Shown: piece by piece, positions 9,683 to 18,850 of the stretch
Numbering within the stretch: the first letter of the stretch is position 1
Layout of the letters: each line of letters opens with the position of its first letter
Notes under the pieces: generated by a model
Databases searched by the model: none
What the model was told of the DNA's origin: nothing
Seen by the model: the letters and a program-made list of their open reading frames with translations, nothing else
Made by a program: the position numbers and the translations under genes
NCBI GenBank assembly: GCA_049510745.1
Contig: JBEKYR010000005.1
Span: forward strand, 32,001 to 96,000
Reading direction: 5' to 3'
DNA: 64,000 nt
Source of the DNA: Verrucomicrobiota bacterium
Lineage (GTDB): Bacteria; Verrucomicrobiota; Verrucomicrobiia; Limisphaerales; Palsa-1400

Positions 9683-11776
9683 ATGCAAAAGTATTCAGCC
9701 CAGGACATCCGCAACTTTGCCATCGTCGGCCATGCGTCGTGCGGCAAAACCATGTTGAGCGAGGCCATGCTCGCCTGCGCCGGCGTCATCGGGCGGATGG
9801 GCCGCATCCAGGACGGCTCGACCGTTTCCGATTACCACGTCAGCGAAAAACAGCGCCAGATTTCCGTCCAGGCCTCCCTCCTGCGCGCCGAATGGATGGG
9901 GAAAAAGTTCAATTTCCTCGACACCCCCGGCTACCTGGACTTCATCAGCGAGGCCCTCAGCGCCTTGCGCGTGGCCGACTTCGCCGTGGTGGTCGTCCAT
10001 GCCCAGCATGGCATCGGCGTCGGCACCGAGCAGGTGTGGAAGTACGCCTCGGACTTTGGCATTCCAAAAATTCTGGTGGTCAACGCCATGGACAAGCTCA
10101 ATTCGCATTTCGACGAGGTGCTGGCGGCGGCGCGGGAGCATTACGGGCCGGGGGTGTTTCCGATGAACCTGCCGATCAACCCCGGCCCCGGCTTCAACCA
10201 GGTGCTCGACGTGCTGCGCAACGAGGTGGTCACCTACGACCTGGCCGGCGGACACGGGAAGTTCACCGAAATCCCCGCCACCGGCGAGTGGGAAGCCAGG
10301 GTCAAACAGCTTCACTCCGAACTCATCGAGCACATCGCTGAATCGGACGACACGCTCTTGAACAAGTTTTTCGACCAGGGCGGCCTGACCGAAGAGGAGT
10401 TCCGCTCCGGCATCCACACCGCCGTGCAGAGCCAGCATTTCATCCCCTTGTTCTGCACGGCGGCGGAAACCAACGTCGGCGTCGCCCGGTTGATGGATTT
10501 CATCGCCAAGTACGGCTCCTCCCCGGCTGATCGCAAGCGCTATGCCGCCATCGACGCCGACGGCGCCGTGGCGGAAGTCCGCCTGACGGACCCCGAACCG
10601 GTGGCGTACATCTTCAAGACCATGGCCGAAACCCATTTTGGCGAGCTGTCCTTTTTCCGCGTTTATTCCGGCGCGCTCCGCTCGGGCATGGAACTCTTCA
10701 ACGCCGACCGCCACACCACCGAGCGCATCGGGCAGATTTACCTCCTCAACGGCCGCGACCGCGCCACCACCGATGAATTGCCCGCCGGCGACATCGGCGC
10801 GGTTGTCAAGCTCAAAGACACCCACACCGGCAACACCCTCTGCGCCGCCTCGCGCCCGGTCAGATTGGCCAAGGTCCAGTACCCGGAGCCGACCATCCAC
10901 GCCTCCTTGCAGGTCATGGTCAAGGGCGAGGAAGACAAGGTGGCGGCGGGCATGGCGGCGCTGCACGAGGAAGACCCGACCTTTCTCCACCAGGTCGATT
11001 CGGAATTGCACCAGACGATCATCTCGGCCCAGGGCGAGCTGCACCTGGAAGTCATTGTGGACCGCCTGCGCCGGCGCTTCAACGCCCACGTCGAGTTGGG
11101 CGAGCCGCGCGTGCCGTACCGGGAAACGATCAAGGCGCCGGGCGATTCCAAGTATCGGCACAAGAAACAAACCGGCGGGGCCGGCCAATTCGCCGAGGTC
11201 TGGATGAAAATCGAGCCGCTCCCGCGGGATTCGGGCGTCGAATTCACCGAATCGCTCGCCGGCCAGAACGTGGACCGCGTCTATGTGCCCTCCGTCGAGC
11301 AAGGGGTCGAGAACGCCTGCCGCGAAGGCATCCTGGCCGGCTACAAAGTCGTGGACGTGAAGATCGATTTTTACGACGGCAAGATGCACCCGGTCGATTC
11401 CAAGGACATCGCCTTCCAGATTGCCGGTTATTTTGCCTTCAAGGAATCCTTCCTCAAAGGCCGCCCCTGCCTGCTGGAGCCGATTTACCACATCGAAGTC
11501 CGCATCCCCGAAGATTGCCTGGGCAAAGTCATGGGCGACATCTCCAGCCGCCGGGGCCGGATTCTGGGCATCGACGCCGAGGGCAAATTCCAGGTCATCC
11601 GCGCCCAGGTGCCGGCCCGCGAACTCTACAAGTATTCCAGCGTCATCCGCTCCCTCACCGGGGGCCGCGGCCTGCACAGCGAGCGCCTGGACCATTACTC
11701 GGAAATGCCGCGCGAACTGGAGCAGAAGGTCATCGAGGAAGCCAAAAAGCGCAAGGCCGAAGCCCAGACAAAATAA
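9683..11776 (+). CDS. Elongation factor G paralogue (EF-G2/FusA-like)
   Basis: 697 aa with EF-G layout: IRNFAIVGH..GKT, DTPG, EDPTF, GELHLE, YRETI, HKKQTGGAGQF, HPVDS, LLEPI; G motifs are divergent. Confidence 0.93.
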   Translation: MQKYSAQDIRNFAIVGHASCGKTMLSEAMLACAGVIGRMGRIQDGSTVSDYHVSEKQRQISVQASLLRAEWMGKKFNFLDTPGYLDFISEALSALRVADFAVVVVHAQHGIGVGTEQVWKYASDFGIPKILVVNAMDKLNSHFDEVLAAAREHYGPGVFPMNLPINPGPGFNQVLDVLRNEVVTYDLAGGHGKFTEIPATGEWEARVKQLHSELIEHIAESDDTLLNKFFDQGGLTEEEFRSGIHTAVQSQHFIPLFCTAAETNVGVARLMDFIAKYGSSPADRKRYAAIDADGAVAEVRLTDPEPVAYIFKTMAETHFGELSFFRVYSGALRSGMELFNADRHTTERIGQIYLLNGRDRATTDELPAGDIGAVVKLKDTHTGNTLCAASRPVRLAKVQYPEPTIHASLQVMVKGEEDKVAAGMAALHEEDPTFLHQVDSELHQTIISAQGELHLEVIVDRLRRRFNAHVELGEPRVPYRETIKAPGDSKYRHKKQTGGAGQFAEVWMKIEPLPRDSGVEFTESLAGQNVDRVYVPSVEQGVENACREGILAGYKVVDVKIDFYDGKMHPVDSKDIAFQIAGYFAFKESFLKGRPCLLEPIYHIEVRIPEDCLGKVMGDISSRRGRILGIDAEGKFQVIRAQVPARELYKYSSVIRSLTGGRGLHSERLDHYSEMPRELEQKVIEEAKKRKAEAQTK

Positions 11777-11786
11777 TGCCGGCGGC

Positions 11787-12680
11787 ATGAAAATTCTTTT
11801 ACACGCGCTTCTTGGTATTATTCTCGCCGGGCAGATGGCCCTGCCCGCCCAATCTTCGCCGCCGCAATCGCCGATGCCCCTGTGGCCCGACGGCGCTCCG
11901 GGCGCGCTGGGCGCCGGCTCCAACGACATCCCCACCCTCACGGCGTTCCTGCCGCCGGCGGATTCCGCGACCGGCGCGGCGATGGTGATTTGCCCCGGCG
12001 GCGGCTACGGCGCGCTGGCGCCGCACGAGGGCCGGGATTACGCCCGCTGGCTCAACGACCAGGGCATCGCCGGATTTGTGCTCAAATACCGCCTCGGCAC
12101 CGCCGGCTACCGTCACCCGCGCATGTTGGAGGATGCCGCCCGCGCCGTGCGGACGGTCCGTTTCCGTGCCGCGGAGTGGAAGCTGGACACCAACCGCATC
12201 GGCATCATCGGCTCGTCCGCCGGAGGACATCTGGCGTCCACATTGTTGACACATTTTGACACGGGCCGGGCCGACGCGGCCGACCCGGTGGACCGGGTGA
12301 ACTGCCGGCCGGACCTCGGGGTGCTGTGTTATCCGGTGATTTCGATGGGTGAAATCTCGCACCACGGCTCGCGCGACAATTTGCTCGGCACGAACGCCTC
12401 CCCGGAATTGATCCGGGAACTTTCCAACGAACTGCATGTCACCCCCCAAACCCCGCCGTGCTTCCTCTTCCACACCGACGAAGACAAAGCGGTGCCGGTG
12501 GAAAACAGCCTGATGTTTGCCGCGGCCCTGCGGCGCGCCGGCGTGCCCTTTGAGTTGCACATTTACCAAAAAGGCCCGCACGGCATCGGCCTGGGCAGCA
12601 AAACCTATGATCCGTCCAATTGGCATCCCTGGACCCATGATGCCCGCGTCTGGCTCAAGCAACAGGGATTTGGCAAATAA
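11787..12680 (+). CDS. Secreted alpha/beta hydrolase (carbohydrate acetyl esterase-like)
   Basis: ATG at 11787 followed by a signal peptide; ICPGGGY, GSSAGGHL nucleophile elbow, D..V and HGIG. Confidence 0.88.
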   Translation: MKILLHALLGIILAGQMALPAQSSPPQSPMPLWPDGAPGALGAGSNDIPTLTAFLPPADSATGAAMVICPGGGYGALAPHEGRDYARWLNDQGIAGFVLKYRLGTAGYRHPRMLEDAARAVRTVRFRAAEWKLDTNRIGIIGSSAGGHLASTLLTHFDTGRADAADPVDRVNCRPDLGVLCYPVISMGEISHHGSRDNLLGTNASPELIRELSNELHVTPQTPPCFLFHTDEDKAVPVENSLMFAAALRRAGVPFELHIYQKGPHGIGLGSKTYDPSNWHPWTHDARVWLKQQGFGK

Positions 12681-12795
12681 CGGATGGGAAAAGAATGCTG
12701 GAAATGCGGCGGCGGTGCGCTACACTGCCCTTGATGAATTTCCGGACCCGTTTCTTTCCCGGCAATCGCGCCGGGCTTGGCACGGAATCCGCTGA

Positions 12796-13416
12796 ATGGA
12801 GAACGTGATTATGATTCGTACTTTGGCGCTGACAGTGGTGGCGGGGAGCATGCTGGTTTCTTGCCAGTCGGACACTCCGTATCAACCCTCCACCAAACCC
12901 GAGAAGATCGAGTTTGAACACGCGCGACGGACGGTTTACCCCGACGACGTGCGCACCAACCTCGATCACTTTACCAACACGCTGGTGGCCTGGGTCGGCA
13001 TCATCAAGAGTGCCGACGCCGTCGAGGAAGACCCGGACGGCAAAATCCACGCCGTCACGCTCCTTGAGCACCACTATTTCGATTGGCAAAAAGACAAGAA
13101 ATTGGACGGCGTCCACTTGCTCGTTTCCCCCGCGGGCGAGGGCCGCTTTCGCTCCGACCTGCATTTGCGCAAAACGACCCAGGACGCCACCAGTTACGAC
13201 GCGGAAAAGTACCTCGGCCGGGGCAAGCTGGCCGTCGTGTACGGCGTGCCGCAAGCGGTGGACCCGGATGGGACCGTTGTTTTGAAGTACCGTTATCTGC
13301 GCGTTTTCGGGCGCGGCCATTACAACACCAATGAACTGGAGTATGGCCGCCTGGGCCAGCCTTACCATCCCGCCGACTGTTGCGCCGAACCCCCGGATCA
13401 CTCCCAGACGCCCTGA
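12796..13416 (+). CDS. Lipoprotein, Slp-family-like
   Basis: Lipobox LVSC; VAWVGII, GEGRF and AVVYG pattern resembles Slp outer-membrane lipoproteins. Confidence 0.6.
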   Translation: MENVIMIRTLALTVVAGSMLVSCQSDTPYQPSTKPEKIEFEHARRTVYPDDVRTNLDHFTNTLVAWVGIIKSADAVEEDPDGKIHAVTLLEHHYFDWQKDKKLDGVHLLVSPAGEGRFRSDLHLRKTTQDATSYDAEKYLGRGKLAVVYGVPQAVDPDGTVVLKYRYLRVFGRGHYNTNELEYGRLGQPYHPADCCAEPPDHSQTP

Positions 13417-13438
13417 CGGTCCGGGATTACTTTGCCAT

Positions 13439-13467
13439 TTGAACTTCGCCCGCCGTTGGCCTATAAC
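13439..13467 (+). promoter_or_regulatory. sigma70-like promoter of aroE-pilD
   Basis: TTGAAC-17 nt-TATAAC, 6 nt upstream of the GTG start. Confidence 0.6.
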
Positions 13468-13473
13468 CAGCGC

Positions 13474-14403
13474 GTGTCCGACGCACCCAAAGACTCCCTT
13501 GACGCCTCCACCCGTTATTGCGCCGTCTTCGGACATCCCATTCGGCACTCGGCTTCCCCGGCCATGCAAAACGCCGCCCTGGCCGCCCTGCGCCTCAATT
13601 GGCGCTACCTCGCCTTCGACGTTCTCCCCGGCCAACTGCGCGCCGCCATCGACGGCGCCCGCGTCATGGGCTTCATCGGCCTGAACCTGACCGTGCCCCA
13701 CAAACTCCTCGCGGCGGACATGGTGGACCTCCTGGACGACCAGGCCCGAACCTCGGGGGCCGTCAATACCATTGTCTTTGAGACGCGCGACGGCGCCGGC
13801 AACTGGGTCCCGCTGGCGGGCGTCCCAGCCGGGCAGGCAGCAGAAGTGCGCTGCCGCGGCTGCAATACGGACGCCGACGCGATTGTGCGCTCCCTCCAGG
13901 AGGATTTCGCCCGCGAAAGCTGGCGCGGCGCGTCGGTGCTCTTGCTGGGCGCGGGCGGCGCGGCGCGGACAGCGGCCTTGCGCCTGGCGCGCGAAGCCGT
14001 CGGCGCGCTTTTCCTTGTCAACCGCACCGCCGCGCGGGCGGCGGAGTTGGCGCGGGAAATTCGCCGGGAATATCCGGCCGTCGGCGTGGCAGAGGGGTAT
14101 CCCGGCCATCCGGTCGATTTGGTCATCAACGCCACTTCCCTCGGCTTGAAGCCGGACGACCCGCTGCCCATCGACCTGGCATGGCTGAAATCGCACCGGC
14201 CGCAATTCGTCTATGACATGATTTATCGCCCCGCGGAAACGGGCCTGCTGCGCGCGGCCCGCGCCGCCGGGTGCCGCGCCGCCAACGGCGCCGGCATGCT
14301 CCTCTACCAGGGCGCGCGCGCCCTGGAACTGTGGACGGGCCGTCCCGCCCCGCTGGCCGTGATGCGCGAGGCGCTGCGCAAAAACCTTGAATCCTATGTT
14401 TGA
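13474..14403 (+). CDS. aroE: Shikimate dehydrogenase
   Basis: GHPIRHSASP, GLNLTVPHK, GAVNT, NTD, LGAGGAA, NATSLG, DMIY, MLLYQG. Confidence 0.95.
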   Translation: MSDAPKDSLDASTRYCAVFGHPIRHSASPAMQNAALAALRLNWRYLAFDVLPGQLRAAIDGARVMGFIGLNLTVPHKLLAADMVDLLDDQARTSGAVNTIVFETRDGAGNWVPLAGVPAGQAAEVRCRGCNTDADAIVRSLQEDFARESWRGASVLLLGAGGAARTAALRLAREAVGALFLVNRTAARAAELAREIRREYPAVGVAEGYPGHPVDLVINATSLGLKPDDPLPIDLAWLKSHRPQFVYDMIYRPAETGLLRAARAAGCRAANGAGMLLYQGARALELWTGRPAPLAVMREALRKNLESYV

Positions 14404-15505
14404 CCCGAAAATCTGGGCGCAGGTCCCGTTCCAGTTTTGGACGCTGTGCTTCTTTGTCTTTGGCGCCGTCGCGGGGAGCTTCCTGAACGTTTGCATCTGC
14501 CGCCTGCCCCGCGGCGAAAGCGTCGTGCGTCCCCCCTCCCATTGCCCGCATTGCGGCTATACCATCCCGTGGCATTTGAACATTCCCCTGGTGACGTGGT
14601 TGTGGCTGCGCGCCCGCTGCGCCCATTGCGGCCGCGAAATCTCCGTCCGCTACTTTCTGGTCGAGCTTCTGACCGCGACGGTGTTCGCCTCGTGCTGGCT
14701 GCGTTTCGGCCATGCCTCGGCCGGACTGGCGGCCGTCTATTGCCTGTTCATCGCCGGGTTGATTGCGGCGGCCTTCATTGATTTGGAACATTTCATCATC
14801 CCGGACGAAATCACCATCGGCGGCATGGTGGCGGGCGGCTTGCTGGCCCTCCTTGTGCCCGCGACCCATCTGCGCTTTCCCTTTCTCTTGCCGGCGCGAA
14901 CACCGGTGGCGGGGATGCGCGAAAGCCTCTTGGGGATGGCCGTCGGCGCGGCGCTCATTTATGCGATTCTGCGCCTGGGCAAACTCCTCTTTGGCCGCTA
15001 CAAACTTCACTTCGCCCCTCCCACCCGCCTTCTCTTCACCGAAACGACGCTGCACCTGCCCGGCCAGGACATCCCCTACGAGGAACTGTTCTATCGCCCC
15101 AACGACACGATCCAATTGGAGGCCGAGCAGGTCGAATTGATCGATCGTTGCTACCGCAAGGTCGAAATCCGGCTCCAACCCAGGCAATTGCGCATCGGCC
15201 AGGACGCCTTTGAACCGGAGAAAGTGCCGCACATGGAAGCGGTGGCCGACCACATTGTGCTGCCGCGCGAAGCGATGGGATTGGGGGACGTGAAATTCAT
15301 GGCGGCCATCGGGGCGTTTTTGGGCTGGCCGGCGGTGGTGTATTCGCTGGCCCTCAGTTCGATCATCGGCTCGCTCGTCGGCGTGGCCCTGATCCTCTTG
15401 CGCAAGCGCGATTGGTCCGCCCGTTTGCAGTACGGCCCCTTCATCGCCCTGGCGGCGGTGATCTGGATCTTCGGCGGCTACAAGTGGATTCGAGGTCTAT
15501 TCTAG
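14396..15505 (+). CDS. pilD: Prepilin peptidase / N-methyltransferase (A24)
   Basis: GSFLNVCICRLP, CPHC..CAHC zinc site, AFIDLEHFIIPD, MGLGDVKF, YGPFI. Confidence 0.93.
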   Translation: MFDPKIWAQVPFQFWTLCFFVFGAVAGSFLNVCICRLPRGESVVRPPSHCPHCGYTIPWHLNIPLVTWLWLRARCAHCGREISVRYFLVELLTATVFASCWLRFGHASAGLAAVYCLFIAGLIAAAFIDLEHFIIPDEITIGGMVAGGLLALLVPATHLRFPFLLPARTPVAGMRESLLGMAVGAALIYAILRLGKLLFGRYKLHFAPPTRLLFTETTLHLPGQDIPYEELFYRPNDTIQLEAEQVELIDRCYRKVEIRLQPRQLRIGQDAFEPEKVPHMEAVADHIVLPREAMGLGDVKFMAAIGAFLGWPAVVYSLALSSIIGSLVGVALILLRKRDWSARLQYGPFIALAAVIWIFGGYKWIRGLF

Positions 15506-15509
15506 CCCC

Positions 15510-17177
15510 TCAGGGCCGCGCCCGGTCCAGGAGTTCTTCGGCGTGGCGGCGGGCCGCTTCGGTGTGGCCGCCGAGCATGCGGGTCAGTTCGTCAACTCGC
15601 TCCGCGCCATCCAGGGGCGTGATTTCGGAAATCGTGCGCCCGGCTTCAGTGCGCTTGGTCACCACAAAATGCGAGCGGGCGCCGGCCGCGATGGCCGGCA
15701 AATGCGTGATGCAAATCACCTGCCGACGCCGCGCGATCTCCGCCATTTTTCCCCCAACCGCAACGGCCGTTTCGCCCCCGACGTTGGCGTCGATTTCATC
15801 GAAAACCAGCAGCGGAATTTCGTCTTCCGCGGCCAAAACGGTTTTCAACGCCAGCATGACCCGCGACATTTCCCCGGATGAAGCGATGGCGCGCAAGGGC
15901 CGCGCCGGCTCGCCGGCGTTGGGGGCGAACTGAAATTCGATTTCGTCCAGGCCGGCGGACGTGAACGTTTCGCCGGCGCGCTGCGTAATCTCAAAATGGC
16001 TCCGCTGAAAACCCAGGCCCCGCAGTTGTTGCATGGCGGCCCTGGCCAATTTGGGAATCGCCTGGCGTCGTTGCGCGGAGAGTTCCTGCCCGGAACGCAG
16101 CAGTTCCTGGCGCCGTTTTTCCAGTTCCCCGTTGAGGCGGGCCAGTTCGGCGTCCCGGCCTTCCAGTTGGCGCAATTTGGTTTGCGCCCCGGCGCCAAAC
16201 GCGATCACTTCGGCCAGCGTCGCGCCGTATTTGCGCCGGAGGGCCTGGAGCAGATTGACCCGCTCTTCCAACTGCCGCAAGCGCGCCGGATCGACCTCGA
16301 CGGTGTCGGCGTAACGGCGCAAGGCGGATTGCAACTCGGCCCAGGCGGCGGCGGCCTGTTCGTGGGCGGCCAGCAAGGGGGCGGCGCCGGGGTCGAGGCG
16401 TTGCAGCGCTTGCAGGGTGCGGCCCAATTCGCCGGCCTGGCGCAGGAGCGAATCGTCCTGCTCGGCCAGAAGAGTGAGCGCGGCCTGGCACAATTCGAGC
16501 AAGCGGGCGGCGTTGCTGGCCCGCGCGAAATCCTGTCCGACCCGCTCCTCCTCCTCCGGTTGCAACTTCGCGGCGGAAATCTCGTCTGCCTGGAAGCGCA
16601 ACAGGTCCAGTTGTTGCGCGTAAGCGCGTTCATCGACGATGAGGGCGGCCTTCTGCGCCTCCAACTCGTGCGTTTGGCGGAAAAGCGCGGCGAACTTCTC
16701 GCGCGCCGGCTGGAGGCCGGCGAACGCGTCCAGGATGCTCAACTGCCGCGCGGGGTGGAGCAGGGATTGATGCTCGTGCGGGCCGTGCATATCGACCAGT
16801 TCCAGCCCGATGGCGGCGAGGACCTGGAGGGTGGTGGGCGAACCGTTGACGAACTGGCGGTTGGCGCCGGCGGCGGTAAAGACGCGCTTGAGAATCAATT
16901 GATTTTCCGCGCACGGCTCCAGGCCGTTTTGTTCAAGCAGTTTTTCCACCACGCCGCGTCCCGGCTCGAGTTCAAAGACCGCCTCGACCGAGCAACTGTC
17001 GCATCCGGCGCGCAGCAGGGTGCGGTCGGCCCGTTCGCCCAGCAGGAGGTTGAGGGCGCCGATGATGATGGATTTGCCCGCGCCTGTTTCGCCGGTGATG
17101 ACGTTGAACCCGGCCTGGAGAGACAGCGTGAGATCGGAAACCAGGGCCAGATTCTTAATGCGCAACGTGCTCAACAT
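15510..17177 (-). CDS. recN: DNA repair protein RecN
   Basis: LRIKNLAL, TGETGAGKS Walker A, coiled coil, SSGEMSR, VFDEID, QVICITHLP. Confidence 0.96.
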   Translation of the reverse strand: MLSTLRIKNLALVSDLTLSLQAGFNVITGETGAGKSIIIGALNLLLGERADRTLLRAGCDSCSVEAVFELEPGRGVVEKLLEQNGLEPCAENQLILKRVFTAAGANRQFVNGSPTTLQVLAAIGLELVDMHGPHEHQSLLHPARQLSILDAFAGLQPAREKFAALFRQTHELEAQKAALIVDERAYAQQLDLLRFQADEISAAKLQPEEEERVGQDFARASNAARLLELCQAALTLLAEQDDSLLRQAGELGRTLQALQRLDPGAAPLLAAHEQAAAAWAELQSALRRYADTVEVDPARLRQLEERVNLLQALRRKYGATLAEVIAFGAGAQTKLRQLEGRDAELARLNGELEKRRQELLRSGQELSAQRRQAIPKLARAAMQQLRGLGFQRSHFEITQRAGETFTSAGLDEIEFQFAPNAGEPARPLRAIASSGEMSRVMLALKTVLAAEDEIPLLVFDEIDANVGGETAVAVGGKMAEIARRRQVICITHLPAIAAGARSHFVVTKRTEAGRTISEITPLDGAERVDELTRMLGGHTEAARRHAEELLDRARP

Positions 17178-17262
17178 GGCGGCAGGCCAAACTTTAAGAG
17201 TCCAGCCTCGAAGTTCAAACCTTAAAAGCGCCCCTGCGCCGCCAAGCACCGCGGTTGCGTGA

Positions 17263-17682
17263 CTAAAGACCAATCGTCGCAAGAAAAACTCTAGGCGTTA
17301 CGATCAGGACGCCCCGGAATCCCTTGAGGGTGAGCAGGTCTTTGTCTCCCGTGACAATCGCTTGGGCTTGGCCGCCAACAGCGCACCGGAGCACAGGAAG
17401 GTCTTTCAAATCGCGCAACTCGGCAGGAGGTTGAAGGTCCGCCGGCTGAACGACCGTGGACAGCACCCGCTGTTTGGCCATCACTTCCGCCACCGTCCAC
17501 CCACGAACGCGCAGGCGCGGCTCCAGATGCGAACGGGACAAAACTTCCTCTAATTCAGCCAGCAATTCCTCACTCGTGAGCAGGTGAAAGCTCCGCCGCA
17601 ACGCCGCGTCAAGAAAAGTGGCCGGGGGTCCGGGCCAGATCAAACCAGACACCAGCACATTGGTGTCAGCGACTATTCTCAC
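17263..17682 (-). CDS. PIN-domain toxin of a putative type II TA pair
   Basis: RIVADTNVLVSG, LRDLKD, IVTGDKDLL; overlaps the upstream small ORF. Confidence 0.88.
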   Translation of the reverse strand: MRIVADTNVLVSGLIWPGPPATFLDAALRRSFHLLTSEELLAELEEVLSRSHLEPRLRVRGWTVAEVMAKQRVLSTVVQPADLQPPAELRDLKDLPVLRCAVGGQAQAIVTGDKDLLTLKGFRGVLIVTPRVFLATIGL

Positions 17683-17920
17683 GTGGGGCGCGGCGCTCGG
17701 CGCGCACTTCATTTACGACGGCCTGGATTTCGTCCATCGTCATCGGTTCGTCAGGGTGCGCCCGCATCTGTTCCACCATCTCGCGGAAGTCCCGCATCGG
17801 CTTGTCGAGCTCGACCTCCCGCTCAACCAACTGCGTCAGCTTTCGCGGATCAAGCAGACCCTTGGCCTTGGCCTCGGCAGCCACAGCGTCCGGCAAATCC
17901 AGTTGGATCATGATGCTCAT
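17666..17920 (-). CDS. Putative antitoxin
   Basis: 84-aa charged ORF upstream of and overlapping the PIN toxin; MTMDEIQAVV tail. Confidence 0.75.
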   Translation of the reverse strand: MSIMIQLDLPDAVAAEAKAKGLLDPRKLTQLVEREVELDKPMRDFREMVEQMRAHPDEPMTMDEIQAVVNEVRAERRAPRENSR

Positions 17921-18190
17921 ATCGCTTCATTGGCCGGGCGATTCAGGAGCCAATCGACTCAACGACCCATTCACTCGGATCTGTATCCGACTGCTGTCGC
18001 TCGTGCCGCTGAAACTAAACACCTGTGGCGACCCAAAGTCAATCCGCGACCCGTAGGATGAAAGCGTGGCCCTTATTCACCGTGTCACCGGGCGGTTGAA
18101 AACCGGTCACTTGCGGGCACTTCAAAACCGGCCACTCCAAGGTGCTTTATTCATATCAGATTTCTTGATGCAAGCAATGGATTATCTCCT

Positions 18191-18246
18191 CCGCGACAGC
18201 GGGACTGACAGCGCCAACGGCAGTTGGCTCCGGCGATTTATTAGGC
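18191..18246 (-). repeat. Truncated attC-like site (left arm)
   Basis: Minus strand reads GCCTAATAAATCGCCGGAGCCAACTGCCGTTGGCGCTGTCAGTCCCGCTGTCGCGG just after the stop; complementary TTAGGC lies just upstream of the gene. Confidence 0.6.
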
Positions 18247-18253
18247 GGCTGGC

Positions 18254-18556
18254 TCATAAATCATCATCTGACCGATTGATAAACCAAATAATGCCACGAA
18301 TCACCGCGACAAAACCAAGCGGAATCAGCGGAAAAAACCATCGCAAATTCGGGTAATATCGTTTCAGGACAATCATGGCGACAAGACTGATGCCAATGAA
18401 AATAACCTCGAGCCAGATCAGATTCCGCGAAGTAAAACCCAAACGAACGTTTTCCAGCGCCTCATCTGGGAACATAATCACAACAGCAAATCCGAGAAAC
18501 ATCCAGCCATACCACGGCGTCATGCGCGAACCCAAATTGATCGATAACGCCATCAT
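18254..18556 (-). CDS. Small hypothetical membrane protein (about 3 TM, low GC; cassette-like)
   Basis: 100-aa ORF with three hydrophobic segments and AT-rich codons. Confidence 0.65.
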   Translation of the reverse strand: MMALSINLGSRMTPWYGWMFLGFAVVIMFPDEALENVRLGFTSRNLIWLEVIFIGISLVAMIVLKRYYPNLRWFFPLIPLGFVAVIRGIIWFINRSDDDL

Positions 18557-18691
18557 ATTCTGTTGTGCTCGAAGTCGCCTAATCAACTAAACCTTGCCTT
18601 GCGGGCAGTGTGACCGATTCGTAGCGAAAGTCGAGTGCTTTCCATAATCGTCAGCAGCGGAGTAAAACGAGCCGGGGCCGAGCTGGGAGTC

Positions 18692-18844
18692 TTAGCTCGC
18701 GGCCCCGGCGGTCGAAGGTTCGTTTGACTTCCGCTGCTTCTTGTTTTCCTGGCTCACCACCGGCGCCTCTTTGACACGATAACTTTTCCCGGTAATGGCG
18801 ATGACCTGGGCGTGATGCAGGAACCGGTCGAGGATGGCTGCTGC
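18692..18844 (-). pseudogene. istB: IstB (IS21 helper ATPase) C-terminal fragment
   Basis: Manual translation AAAILDRFLHHAQVIAITGKSYRVKE...* matches the IstB C-terminal signature; no start codon and no Walker motifs. Confidence 0.88.
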
Positions 18845-18850
18845 CGGGCC

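Larger units (their letters stand above)
18083..18844 (-). mobile_element. Truncated IS21-family element (one end + istB 3' fragment + passenger gene)
   Basis: Terminus TGTCACCGGGCGGTTGAAAACCGGTCAC with a second internal repeat TTCAAAACCGGCCAC at 18121-18135; istB C-terminus at the other side. Confidence 0.8.

Noticed and set aside
11421..11786. Extended N-terminus of the esterase overlapping EF-G
   Set aside because: A signal peptide begins at ATG 11787; the upstream part is read-through of an alternative frame
18083..18600. Complete integron
   Set aside because: No intI, no attI and no cassette array; only one partial attC-like site
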